Assembly (NCBI RefSeq): GCF_029227855.1
Contig: NZ_CP074356.1
Length of the DNA stretch: 64,000 nt
Strand: one strand, 5' to 3'
From: Escherichia coli
GTDB lineage: Bacteria > Pseudomonadota > Gammaproteobacteria > Enterobacterales > Enterobacteriaceae
Both the position numbers and the translations under genes were made by a program. Shown piece after piece: positions 52,791-64,000 of this stretch. How positions within the stretch are numbered: position 1 is the stretch's first letter; every line of letters starts with the position of its first letter. The notes beneath the pieces were generated by a model. That model had not been told where the DNA came from and searched no databases. It saw only the letters and a program-made list of their open reading frames with translations.

Positions 52791-54896
52791 TTAGTGCGCG
52801 CCTTTCGCCTGCGCCACGATCTCCTCGACATTTTCCGGCATTGGCTCATACGGCGTTTCTTTCGCCGTTGGCTTCGGCTCTTTCAATGCCGCCAGTGCCG
52901 TCTTAATCGAGAACAGCGCCAGAACCACCACGACCACCATAAAGAAGATGGTTAACCCGGCATCCAGACGGTTGTTGAACACCAGTTGCGCCAGCTGTGA
53001 CTCAGTATACTGCGACGGAATATTGCCGCTGTCGATCATTGCCTGGAACTTATTAGCAATGGCCAGGAAGCCGACTTTCGCATCCGGGCTAAACGCTTTC
53101 TGCCAGCCTGCGGTCAGGGTACAAATCAGCAGCCAGGCCGTTGGTACCAGCGCCACCCAGGCGTAACGTTGACGTTTCATTTTGAACAGCACCACAGCAC
53201 AGAGCATCAGCGCCATCCCTGCCAGCATCTGGTTGGCAATACCAAACAGCGGCCACAAGGTGTTAATACCGCCCAGCGGATCGACCACACCCTGATGGAG
53301 GAAATAGCCCCACGCCAGTACGCACAGCGCCGTTGCCAGCAGGTTAGCAGGCAGTGAATCGGTCCGTTTCAGGCCCGGAGACACCACGCCCAGCAGATCC
53401 TGCAACATAAAGCGCGCAGCACGCGTACCTGCATCCACCGCCGTCAGAATAAACAGTGCTTCAAACAAAATGGCGAAGTGATACCAGAACGCCACATCCA
53501 TCATGCCGCCCAGCGCGCCGTGCAGAATGTAGGCCATCCCCACCGCCAGCGTCGGCGCACCGCCCGCACGGGAAATGATCGACTGTTCACCCACTTCGCT
53601 GGCAATCTGGTTGAGCGTATCTGGTGTAATGCTAAAGCCCCAGCTACTCACCACCTGCGCGGCAGAAGCGACTACATCCGCCGTCCCTGCAGGAGCCAGC
53701 ACCGCCATCGGGCTGTTCATGGCGAAGTACACACCTGGATCGATGATACAGGCGGAAACCAGCGCCATAATCGCCACGAAGGATTCCATCAACATCCCAC
53801 CGTAGCCGATAAAGCACGCCTGCCCTTCGTTCGCCAGCATCTTCGGCGTGGTGCCGGAAGAGATCAGCGCATGGAAGCCAGACACCGCGCCACAGGCGAT
53901 GGTGATAAACAGGAACGGGAACAGGTTACCGGTCCATACCGGGCCAGTGCCATCGACAAATTTAGTTAGCGCAGGCATGGTCAGCGTCGGGCGCATAATC
54001 AAAATGCCCACCGCCAGACCGACGATAGTCCCGATTTTCAGGAAGGTAGAGAGGTAGTCACGCGGAGCCAGCAGCAACCACACCGGCAGCACCGCCGCCA
54101 CAAAACCGTAACCCACCAGCATCCAGGTCAGCTGCACGCCGGTAAAGTCAAAGTACGGTGCCCAGGTCGGACTTTCTGCCACCCAGCCGCCAGAGATAAT
54201 GGCGAAAATCAGGAACACCAGACCAATCACCGACACTTCGCCAATACGCCCCGGACGCAAATAGCGCAGGTAGATCCCCATGAACAGCGCCAGCGGAATG
54301 GTGAACGCAACGGTATACGTTCCCCACGGGCTATGAGTCAGGGCTTTCACCACGATCATCGCCAGCACGGCAAGGATAATGACCATGATCATAAAGCAGG
54401 CCACCAGCGCAATCACCCCGGCGGTTGGCCCCATCTCTTCTTTGACCAACTCACCCAGCGAGCGACCATCGCGGCGCGTAGAAACAAACAGCACCATGAA
54501 ATCTTGCACCGCACCGGCGAGAACCACCCCAGCGAGCAGCCAGATCATCCCCGGCAGGTAGCCCATTTGCGCTGCCAGCACCGGCCCCACCAATGGACCT
54601 GCTCCGGCGATGGCCGCAAAATGGTGACCGAACAGCACTTTCTTGTCCGTCGGCACATAGTCCAGCCCGTCGTTATGGCGCACCGCGGGCGTCATACGCG
54701 TCGGGTCAACCGCCAGCACATTTTTGGCGATATACAGACCATAAAAACGGTAAGCGATCAGATAGATACAGACCGACGCCACCACAATCCACAGCGCATT
54801 GATCTGTTCCCCACGATTTAAAGCAATATATCCCAGAGCAAATGCTCCCATTACAGAGAGCACTGTCCAGACGAGGTATTTCCCTGATTTGTTCAT
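52791..54896 (-). CDS. cstA: carbon starvation protein A (peptide/pyruvate transporter family)
   Basis: 701-aa polytopic ORF. Recognised as CstA. Confidence 0.95.
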   Translation of the reverse strand: MNKSGKYLVWTVLSVMGAFALGYIALNRGEQINALWIVVASVCIYLIAYRFYGLYIAKNVLAVDPTRMTPAVRHNDGLDYVPTDKKVLFGHHFAAIAGAGPLVGPVLAAQMGYLPGMIWLLAGVVLAGAVQDFMVLFVSTRRDGRSLGELVKEEMGPTAGVIALVACFMIMVIILAVLAMIVVKALTHSPWGTYTVAFTIPLALFMGIYLRYLRPGRIGEVSVIGLVFLIFAIISGGWVAESPTWAPYFDFTGVQLTWMLVGYGFVAAVLPVWLLLAPRDYLSTFLKIGTIVGLAVGILIMRPTLTMPALTKFVDGTGPVWTGNLFPFLFITIACGAVSGFHALISSGTTPKMLANEGQACFIGYGGMLMESFVAIMALVSACIIDPGVYFAMNSPMAVLAPAGTADVVASAAQVVSSWGFSITPDTLNQIASEVGEQSIISRAGGAPTLAVGMAYILHGALGGMMDVAFWYHFAILFEALFILTAVDAGTRAARFMLQDLLGVVSPGLKRTDSLPANLLATALCVLAWGYFLHQGVVDPLGGINTLWPLFGIANQMLAGMALMLCAVVLFKMKRQRYAWVALVPTAWLLICTLTAGWQKAFSPDAKVGFLAIANKFQAMIDSGNIPSQYTESQLAQLVFNNRLDAGLTIFFMVVVVVLALFSIKTALAALKEPKPTAKETPYEPMPENVEEIVAQAKGAH

Positions 54897-55076
54897 AGTT
54901 GTTATCCGTGTGCGTGTCCATAGAGATGTTACATTTTGTTTCTATAACATCTTTGTGCAATTTAACAACACAGCAACCATGTAAATCGGAGTTGAAACCA
55001 ATATTTAACTTAACAATGTTAACTCGATCACTCCGTTAACCGAGTTTTCCTGCAATCTCATTTAATTCTGTCGGGC

Positions 55077-56238
<1,162 letters not shown>

Positions 56239-56239
<1 letters not shown>

Positions 56240-57096
56240 TATTTCACCTCGCGGGAAAGTAGCTTCCACCAGGCGTCGATGGTCGGGTTTTTCGCCAGCA
56301 TGACAAAGTCGATATCGCCATGCACTTTGCGCCAGCGCGCCGCCAGCGCCATCATCCGCACCGAATCCAGACCGTAGTCGATCAGGTTGTCGTCATCGAA
56401 CGGTTCATCGGACTCGTCCAGCAACGGCAGGATCACCTCACGCAGCGCCGCTTTGCTGGCGGGGACAGGTGCTGGCAGCAATTCTTCGGTCATCACCACC
56501 CGGCCAGAACGTCCGGCCACATATTTCAGCGACATCAAATGCTCGTCACGGCTGAAATCAGCCAGCGCATCCGCCACCATAAACGGTTTAATATCGCGCA
56601 TAAATGCGTCCGTTGCGGTGGTCATACAGCCAATGTGGGCATATACCCCGGTAATAATCAGCTGGTTACGTCCACTCTCTTTCAGCATTTGCTCCAGCGG
56701 GGAACGATGAAACGCGCTGTAGCGCCACTTCACCAGCACCGTGTCGTCGGCATCTGGCGTCAGGCGATCCACCACCTTTTGCTGTTCCGGCGAACGGGTC
56801 AGGCCAGGCCCCCACATATCATTCAACAGCGCCCGATCTTCATCGCTCTGCTCTTTCGGCTGGGCGGTGTAATAAACCGGGATATTGTGCTGTTTGCAGT
56901 AGTCGCGTAGTGCCGCAATATTCGCGATCACCTGCTCCATCATCGGGCAGTTCTCGCCCCAGAAGCTGACAAAATAGTCCTGCATATCATGGATTAACAA
57001 CGCGGCACGTTGCGGTTCAAAGGCCCAGTCAACTTTATTCTGCGGAATATCGTGAGACTCCGGCAGTGCGTAAGCCTGTAATTTTGGAATAGCCAT
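56239..57096 (-). CDS. entB: isochorismatase / aryl carrier protein EntB
   Basis: 285 aa with an isochorismatase domain and a C-terminal ArCP (LIDYGLDSVRMM, phosphopantetheine serine). Confidence 0.95.
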
Positions 57097-57109
57097 CGTG
57101 TTCTCTCCT

Positions 57110-58720
57110 TCAGGCTGATGCGCGTGACGCCAGCCACTGACGTAATTGTTTTTTATCGACTTTCCCGACCGCCGTCAGCGGAAGTGAATCCACACACTCC
57201 ACGCGATCCGGTAATTTAAATTCGGCAATACCCTGTTCACGCAGGAAACGACGCACCTGCACCGCGCGTAGAGGCTCTTTTACCACCAGATAAGCACAGC
57301 TTTTTTCGCCCATCAGCTCATCTTCCATACTCACCAGTGCGGCGTAGATCACCGCCGGATGGCGCAGCAGCAGGTTTTCGATCTCTTCGGCAGCGATCTT
57401 CTCGCCGCCACGGTTGATCTGATCTTTCTCGCGCCCCTGCACGGTGATGTACCCCTCTGGATCAATAGAGATCAGATCACCAGAACAGTAAAAACCGTTG
57501 GCATCAAAGGCGCTGGCATTGTGCTGCGGGCTTTTGTAATAGCCGCGGAAGGTGTACGGACCGCGCGTCATCAGGCGTCCGACTTCCCCTTGCGGCAGTG
57601 GATTTCCTTCGGCATCGGCAACCCACACTTCATCGTCCGGACACATTGGATAGCCCTGGGTATGGATTATTTTCTCCGCGCTATCATCAAGTCGGGTGTA
57701 GTTCACCAGTCCTTCCGCCATGCCGAATACCTGCTGTAACTGGCAGCCAATCTCTGCGGGAATACGCGCCGCAAGCGTGGCAGAAAGACGTGCACCACCG
57801 ACCTGTAACAGTTTCAGCGAGGCAAGCTGCGCCCGGCTTTCGCCTTCGGTCAGCGCCTGTAACCACAGGCTGACTGCGGGTGGCACCAGCGCGGTGACGT
57901 TCACCTGATGTTTTTCAATCAATGGGAAGCAGAGCGTGGCGCTGGGGTCGGCAGCCAGAACGACAGTGCCGCCAGCGAGAAATACGCCCAGCGATCCTGG
58001 CGAACTCATGGCGTAGTTATGAGCCGCCGGGATCGCGCACAGGTAGCGTGTCTGTTGTGTGAACTGACAAATCTCGACGCTACGACGCACGCTGTAGTAA
58101 TAGTCGTTATGAGTGCGCGGGATCAGTTTCGGTGTGCCGGTGGTGCCGCCGGAAAGCTGGAAATAGGCCACTTCATCAGCAGGTGACGGCGTGGCAGTAA
58201 AATCCTCAGCCGGATGGTTAATCGCATCCTGCAAATTATGCTCACCGCTGTCGTTGTGCAGTTGCACCACGCGAATGGAGGAATGCTCTGCAACAAATGT
58301 ATTGAGGAAATCATCTCCGCTAAACAGCGCATGCTGGCGATCGGCAATCAGTAACGCCGGTTCAATCTGGCTGGCATAGGCGTTCAGTTCACTACGCTGA
58401 TGGCTGAACAGCGCCAGCACCGGCGAAACGCCCAGTTTCAGCAGCGCGAAAAAAGTAATGTAAAGTTCAGCGACGTTACCCAGTTGTACCAGCGCAGTTT
58501 CACCAGGTTTAATGCCCTGACGGCGCAAACTACACGCGAGGTTATCCGCCGCCTGATTCAGCTCCCGGTAACTCAACTGCCGCTCGCCGTCGATGACCGC
58601 GATGCTGTCGCTTGCGGCATGACGGGTCAGAATGTCGGTCAGCGGCAAATCCTGCCAGTAGCCTTTTTCCCGATAGCGACGGGCAAACTCTTCCGGCCAG
58701 CGGGTGAATGGAATGCTCAT
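57110..58720 (-). CDS. entE: 2,3-dihydroxybenzoate-AMP ligase EntE
   Basis: ATG 58720 is preceded by AAGGAG with a 5-nt spacer, giving 536 aa; the track start at 58726 is a GTG inside the SD region. Adenylation motif SGGTTGTPK. Confidence 0.94.
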   Translation of the reverse strand: MSIPFTRWPEEFARRYREKGYWQDLPLTDILTRHAASDSIAVIDGERQLSYRELNQAADNLACSLRRQGIKPGETALVQLGNVAELYITFFALLKLGVSPVLALFSHQRSELNAYASQIEPALLIADRQHALFSGDDFLNTFVAEHSSIRVVQLHNDSGEHNLQDAINHPAEDFTATPSPADEVAYFQLSGGTTGTPKLIPRTHNDYYYSVRRSVEICQFTQQTRYLCAIPAAHNYAMSSPGSLGVFLAGGTVVLAADPSATLCFPLIEKHQVNVTALVPPAVSLWLQALTEGESRAQLASLKLLQVGGARLSATLAARIPAEIGCQLQQVFGMAEGLVNYTRLDDSAEKIIHTQGYPMCPDDEVWVADAEGNPLPQGEVGRLMTRGPYTFRGYYKSPQHNASAFDANGFYCSGDLISIDPEGYITVQGREKDQINRGGEKIAAEEIENLLLRHPAVIYAALVSMEDELMGEKSCAYLVVKEPLRAVQVRRFLREQGIAEFKLPDRVECVDSLPLTAVGKVDKKQLRQWLASRASA

Positions 58721-58729
58721 CCTCACTCC

Positions 58730-59905
<1,176 letters not shown>

Positions 59906-59934
59906 ATCATCCTCCACAAAATGATAAAGGCTTT

Positions 59935-59953
59935 AATAATGATTATCATTTAT
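59935..59953. promoter_or_regulatory. Fur box (entC side of the entC/fepB divergent promoter)
   Basis: aATAATGATtATCATTtat matches GATAATGATAATCATTATC at 14 of 19 positions. It lies 30 nt upstream of the entC ATG. Confidence 0.75.
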
Positions 59954-60049
59954 ATTTTCGGTCGCTAACCTAAAAGCAAACGCGCACTATGTCAACTCTT
60001 GAGGTAACGCAATCTGCAACTCGGGGTTGCATCTGGTTGTGGTTACAAT

Positions 60050-60068
60050 GAAAATGAGAAGCATTAAC
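60050..60068. promoter_or_regulatory. Fur box (fepB side)
   Basis: GAaAATGAgAAgCATTAaC matches the Fur consensus at 15 of 19 positions. It lies 26 nt upstream of the fepB GTG. Confidence 0.6.
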
Positions 60069-60093
60069 TTCATTAATAACAGGAAGCTGATTT

Positions 60094-61050
60094 GTGAGAC
60101 TCGCCTCGCTCTACCGCAACGCCCTTCTATTAACAGGACTTTTGCTTTCAGGAATAGTCGCAGTTCAGGCCGCCGACTGGCCGCGTCAGATTACTGACAG
60201 CCGGGGCACTCATACCCTGGAAAGCCAGCCGCAGCGTATTGTTTCCACCAGCGTCACCCTGACTGGCTCACTGCTGGCGATTGATGCTCCGGTGATTGCC
60301 AGCGGCGCGACCACGCCGAATAACCGCGTCGCGGATGACCAGGGCTTTTTACGCCAGTGGAGCAAGGTGGCGAAAGAACGCAAACTGCAACGGCTCTATA
60401 TCGGCGAACCGAGCGCCGAAGCCGTTGCCGCGCAAATGCCGGATTTGATTTTAATTAGCGCAACCGGCGGGGATTCGGCGCTGGCGCTGTATGATCAGCT
60501 TTCCACCATCGCCCCGACATTAATCATCAATTACGACGACAAAAGCTGGCAGTCGCTGTTAACGCAACTTGGCGAAATTACCGGGCATGAGAAACAAGCG
60601 GCAGAGCGGATTGCACAGTTTGATAAGCAACTGGCAGCGGCGAAAGAGCAAATCAAATTACCGCCGCAGCCGGTCACTGCCATTGTCTATACCGCCGCTG
60701 CACACAGTGCCAATCTCTGGACGCCGGAATCAGCACAAGGGCAGATGCTGGAACAACTCGGCTTTACGTTGGCGAAATTGCCCGCAGGGTTAAACGCCAG
60801 CCAAAGCCAGGGCAAACGCCATGACATCATTCAGCTTGGTGGTGAAAATCTGGCTGCAGGGTTAAATGGCGAGTCACTATTCCTGTTCGCCGGTGATCAG
60901 AAAGATGCCGATGCTATTTATGCCAATCCACTGCTCGCGCACCTGCCCGCAGTACAAAACAAGCAGGTTTATGCGCTGGGAACCGAGACGTTCCGACTGG
61001 ATTACTACAGCGCCATGCAAGTGCTGGAACGACTTAAGGCGCTGTTTTAA
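60094..61050 (+). CDS. fepB: ferric enterobactin periplasmic binding protein FepB
   Basis: 318 aa with a GTG start. SD AGGAAG at 60081-60086. Signal peptide present. Recognised as FepB. Confidence 0.93.
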   Translation: MRLASLYRNALLLTGLLLSGIVAVQAADWPRQITDSRGTHTLESQPQRIVSTSVTLTGSLLAIDAPVIASGATTPNNRVADDQGFLRQWSKVAKERKLQRLYIGEPSAEAVAAQMPDLILISATGGDSALALYDQLSTIAPTLIINYDDKSWQSLLTQLGEITGHEKQAAERIAQFDKQLAAAKEQIKLPPQPVTAIVYTAAAHSANLWTPESAQGQMLEQLGFTLAKLPAGLNASQSQGKRHDIIQLGGENLAAGLNGESLFLFAGDQKDADAIYANPLLAHLPAVQNKQVYALGTETFRLDYYSAMQVLERLKALF

Positions 61051-61053
61051 GCA

Positions 61054-62304
61054 TTAACTGTCGGACGCTGCCACCTGCGGCGGCGTCTGGCGAAAACGTC
61101 GCAACTCCACCAGCACCAGCAACAACAACACGCCGATAATCAACAAACCAAAACCGCTCGCGCTTGCGGAAGCAACCGGTGTCATCATCGCGCCCAAACC
61201 GCCCAGCAGCGCCGCGCCTATGGCATCGCCCGTCACGTTTTGCGCCGTCCACAAACCGTTAATCCGCCCTAACATCGCTTCCGGGGTTTGCGTTTGCAGC
61301 ATTGTGTATTGCAGCAACGAACTAACCGCGCTCAGCCAGCCGAACAGCGCCAGACAAACCACGCCTAAAATCCACATCGGCATCAGGCCAAACAGACCAA
61401 TGGCGAGGAACGATCCCAGCGTGGAAAGCAGCATCAATAACCCTGGTCGCGCGCTATGTGCCAGCTTACCGCTGGTTAACGCGCCAATAGCCGCGCCGAG
61501 CGGGATCGCCGCATAGAGAAAACCAATCTGTGCCGCCGACATCTGCCAGTTGTCAGCCAGCGCCGGATACAGTACCCGCACCGCGCTCGCCATCGTCAAT
61601 AAACCACCCAGCAGCGCAATCCCTCCCACCAGCGGGCTGGCGAGCAGAAAACGAAATCCTGCCAGTAATGATTTCAACGGATGCTCACGCGGCTGCGGTG
61701 GCGGTGGCAACGCCGGAAGGCTTAACAACGGTAGCAAGGTAATAAACGTGCCCGCCGCCGCCAGCCCGTAGTTCCAGGCCACACCGCCGGTCGCCAGCAA
61801 TAAACCGCCAATCATAGGCGAAATCACCGACCCCAGACGCACGGTCAACATGGTGATCGCCCCGGCCTGCATTAAGTTTTCACGCCCTACCAGTGCAGGT
61901 GTCGCCGCCAGTAGCGCCGTAACGCCAAGCGATGCGAAAAAACCATCCCATAATCCGAGTAAATAGATTGCCAGCAAAGATGGCTCCGGCAGCAACGCGT
62001 TCAGGCACAGTCCAATGAAGCCAATGCCACAGGTGCCGCGCGCCAGCAAAATCACTTTTTTGCGCTCATACCGATCCGCCAGCACACCGCCGACCATCAG
62101 GCCAACAAACATCGCCCCGCCGGTCAGCGTTACCGAAAGCCCCACCTGCCAGGTAGAATGCGTCATCATCTGGATCTGCACCGGCACCGCGACGCCGAGC
62201 AAACCCAGAGACACAATTGAGATAAAACGAGCGAGGAATACTGCGCGAAACGCCGGGTGCGTTTTCAACAGGCTGAGGTTAAGCAGCCAGGATTGTTTAT
62301 TCAT
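61054..62304 (-). CDS. entS: enterobactin exporter EntS (MFS)
   Basis: 416-aa 12-TM ORF. Recognised as EntS/YbdA. Confidence 0.94.
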   Translation of the reverse strand: MNKQSWLLNLSLLKTHPAFRAVFLARFISIVSLGLLGVAVPVQIQMMTHSTWQVGLSVTLTGGAMFVGLMVGGVLADRYERKKVILLARGTCGIGFIGLCLNALLPEPSLLAIYLLGLWDGFFASLGVTALLAATPALVGRENLMQAGAITMLTVRLGSVISPMIGGLLLATGGVAWNYGLAAAGTFITLLPLLSLPALPPPPQPREHPLKSLLAGFRFLLASPLVGGIALLGGLLTMASAVRVLYPALADNWQMSAAQIGFLYAAIPLGAAIGALTSGKLAHSARPGLLMLLSTLGSFLAIGLFGLMPMWILGVVCLALFGWLSAVSSLLQYTMLQTQTPEAMLGRINGLWTAQNVTGDAIGAALLGGLGAMMTPVASASASGFGLLIIGVLLLLVLVELRRFRQTPPQVAASDS

Positions 62305-62377
62305 TACAATGCCTTGCCATCAAATATTTTAAATACCTATTCTTAGGCTGCACATGCTAACATATCCAAATAAGATC

Positions 62378-62402
62378 GATAACGATAATTAATTTCATTA
62401 TC
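62378..62402. promoter_or_regulatory. Fur box(es) in the entS/fepD divergent promoter
   Basis: GATAAcGATAATtAaTtTC (62378-62396) matches the Fur consensus at 15 of 19 positions, and an overlapping AATTTCATTATC extension runs to 62402. Confidence 0.75.
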
Positions 62403-62414
62403 ATGGAAGTTCGT

Positions 62415-63419
62415 ATGTCTGGTTCTGTTGCCGTGACACGCGCCATTGCCGTGCCCGGATTGCTGTTATTACTGATTATCGCGACGGCATTAAGCCTGCT
62501 CATTGGGGCAAAATCACTCCCCGCTTCCGTAGTGCTGGAGGCGCTCTCCGGCACCTGCCAGAGCGCCGACTGCACCATTGTGCTCGACGCCCGTCTGCCG
62601 CGCACCCTTGCCGGTTTACTGGCAGGCGGTGCGCTTGGGCTTGCCGGGGCGCTGATGCAAACCCTCACCCGAAACCCACTTGCCGACCCCGGCTTGCTTG
62701 GCGTGAACGCCGGAGCCAGCTTTGCCATTGTGCTGGGTGCGGCGCTGTTTGGTTACTCTTCCGCACAGGAACAACTGGCGATGGCCTTCGCCGGGGCGCT
62801 GGTGGCCTCATTGATTGTTGCCTTTACCGGCAGCCAGGGCGGCGGGCAGTTAAGTCCGGTGCGTTTAACCCTGGCGGGCGTGGCACTGGCGGCGGTGCTG
62901 GAAGGGCTGACCAGCGGCATCGCCCTGCTTAATCCTGACGTCTACGATCAGTTGCGTTTCTGGCAAGCCGGTTCGCTGGATATTCGCAATCTACATACCT
63001 TAAAAGTGGTGCTGATCCCGGTGCTGATCGCCGGAGCAACCGCGCTATTACTGAGCCGCGCGCTGAACAGTTTAAGCCTCGGCAGTGACACCGCGACGGC
63101 GCTGGGTAGTCGCGTGGCGCGCACACAGTTGATTGGTCTGCTGGCGATTACCGTGCTTTGTGGTAGTGCGACGGCGGTAGTTGGCCCGATTGCCTTTATT
63201 GGCCTGATGATGCCGCATATGGCACGTTGGTTGGTGGGTGCCGATCATCGCTGGTCGCTGCCCGTCACGCTGCTTGCTACCCCTGCCCTGCTGCTGTTTG
63301 CCGATATCATCGGGCGGGTGATTGTGCCCGGCGAACTGCGCGTTTCTGTAGTCAGTGCCTTTATTGGCGCACCGGTGCTGATCTTCCTCGTGCGACGTAA
63401 AACGCGAGGTGGCGCATGA
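62415..63419 (+). CDS. fepD: ferric enterobactin ABC permease FepD
   Basis: Two in-frame ATGs at 62403 and 62415. ATG 62415 (MSGSVAVTRA..., 334 aa) has GGAAG 5 nt upstream. ATG 62403 abuts the Fur box and a likely -10 GATAAT (62384-62389) and would lack an SD. FecCD-family permease. Confidence 0.9.
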   Translation: MSGSVAVTRAIAVPGLLLLLIIATALSLLIGAKSLPASVVLEALSGTCQSADCTIVLDARLPRTLAGLLAGGALGLAGALMQTLTRNPLADPGLLGVNAGASFAIVLGAALFGYSSAQEQLAMAFAGALVASLIVAFTGSQGGGQLSPVRLTLAGVALAAVLEGLTSGIALLNPDVYDQLRFWQAGSLDIRNLHTLKVVLIPVLIAGATALLLSRALNSLSLGSDTATALGSRVARTQLIGLLAITVLCGSATAVVGPIAFIGLMMPHMARWLVGADHRWSLPVTLLATPALLLFADIIGRVIVPGELRVSVVSAFIGAPVLIFLVRRKTRGGA

Positions 63420-64000
63420 TTTACGTCTCTCGCCGATTAATCATCACCTGTTTGCTGCTAATTACCGCCTGTGTGGTTGCAGGTATCTGGGGATTACGCA
63501 GCGGTGCCGTCACGCTGGAAACCTCGCAGATATTCGCCGCGCTGATGGGCGATGCGCCGCGCAGTATGACGATGGTGGTCACCGAATGGCGTTTACCACG
63601 CGTGCTGATGGCGCTGTTAATTGGCGCGGCTCTGGGCGTCAGCGGCGCGATTTTTCAGTCGCTGATGCGTAACCCGCTCGGCAGCCCTGACGTAATGGGC
63701 TTTAACACCGGGGCGTGGAGCGGCGTGCTGGTGGCGATGGTGCTGTTTGGTCAGGACCTGACGGCTATCGCCCTGGCAGCAATGGTGGGCGGCATTGTCA
63801 CCTCGCTGCTGGTCTGGCTGCTTGCCTGGCGTAACGGTATCGACACCTTTCGGTTAATTATTATCGGTATCGGTGTTCGCGCCATGCTGGTGGCCTTTAA
63901 TACCTGGTTGTTGCTGAAAGCGTCTTTAGAAACGGCGCTAACAGCGGGTTTGTGGAATGCCGGATCGCTCAACGGCCTGACGTGGGCAAAAACCTCGCCT
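63416..64000 (+). CDS. fepG: ferric enterobactin ABC permease FepG, N-terminal 195 codons (3' end outside window)
   Basis: ATG 63416 overlaps the fepD TGA (ATGA). The frame stays open to the window end (MIYVSRRLIITCLLLITACVVAGIWGLRSG...). It is absent from the ORF track because no stop lies in the window. Confidence 0.93.
   Translation, partial: MIYVSRRLIITCLLLITACVVAGIWGLRSGAVTLETSQIFAALMGDAPRSMTMVVTEWRLPRVLMALLIGAALGVSGAIFQSLMRNPLGSPDVMGFNTGAWSGVLVAMVLFGQDLTAIALAAMVGGIVTSLLVWLLAWRNGIDTFRLIIIGIGVRAMLVAFNTWLLLKASLETALTAGLWNAGSLNGLTWAKTSP

Noticed and set aside
54940-54975. CRP site upstream of cstA (TGTGCaatttaaCAACAC)
   Set aside because: The left half-site is 4 of 5, but the right half does not match TCACA at 6-nt spacing. 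cstA is known to be CRP-dependent, but I cannot place the site confidently by eye.

Overview
Escherichia coli-type chromosomal core segment. From memory, gene content and order match the E. coli K-12 interval miaB to fepG (about b0661 down to b0589), read here in the opposite orientation to the K-12 map. I call 64 protein-coding genes; two are cut by the window edges (miaB 5' end, fepG 3' end). I also call one complete IS200 copy with its internal RNA structures and a predicted antisense RNA, the SroC RNA, two REP-like palindromes, and several intrinsic terminators. Regulator sites called are a sigma-54 promoter and the GcvB target of gltI, an FNR site for dcuC, the OxyR site of ahpC/dsbG, and three Fur boxes in the ent/fep divergent promoters. 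Functional blocks in order: miaB-ybeZ-ybeY-corC-lnt; gltIJKL; rihA; ybeL; leuS-lptE-holA-nadD-cobC; rsfS-rlmH-mrdA-mrdB-rlpA; dacA-ybeD-lipB; ybeF; lipA; tatE; ybeM; crcB; cspE; pagP; dcuC; dpiBA plus citCDEFXGT (anaerobic citrate fermentation); rna; IS200; rnk; uspG; ahpCF; dsbG; ybdO-ybdN-ybdM; ybdL; ybdH; ybdD-cstA; entCEBAH; fepB; entS; fepDG. No rRNA, tRNA or CRISPR array was seen. Differences from K-12 as I recall it: an IS200 lies between rna and rnk; the ybeQ-ybeR-djlB-ybeT-ybeU-djlC-hscC block is missing between rihA and ybeL; ybdR is missing between rnk and uspG; there is no IS5 between lnt and gltI; and ybeM is an intact ORF. I did not find a convincing wholly novel multi-gene system. 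The least understood module is ybdO-ybdN-ybdM (LysR regulator, PP-loop ATPase, ParB/Srx-like protein). All identifications are by eye and recall of protein families; no searches or computations were run.
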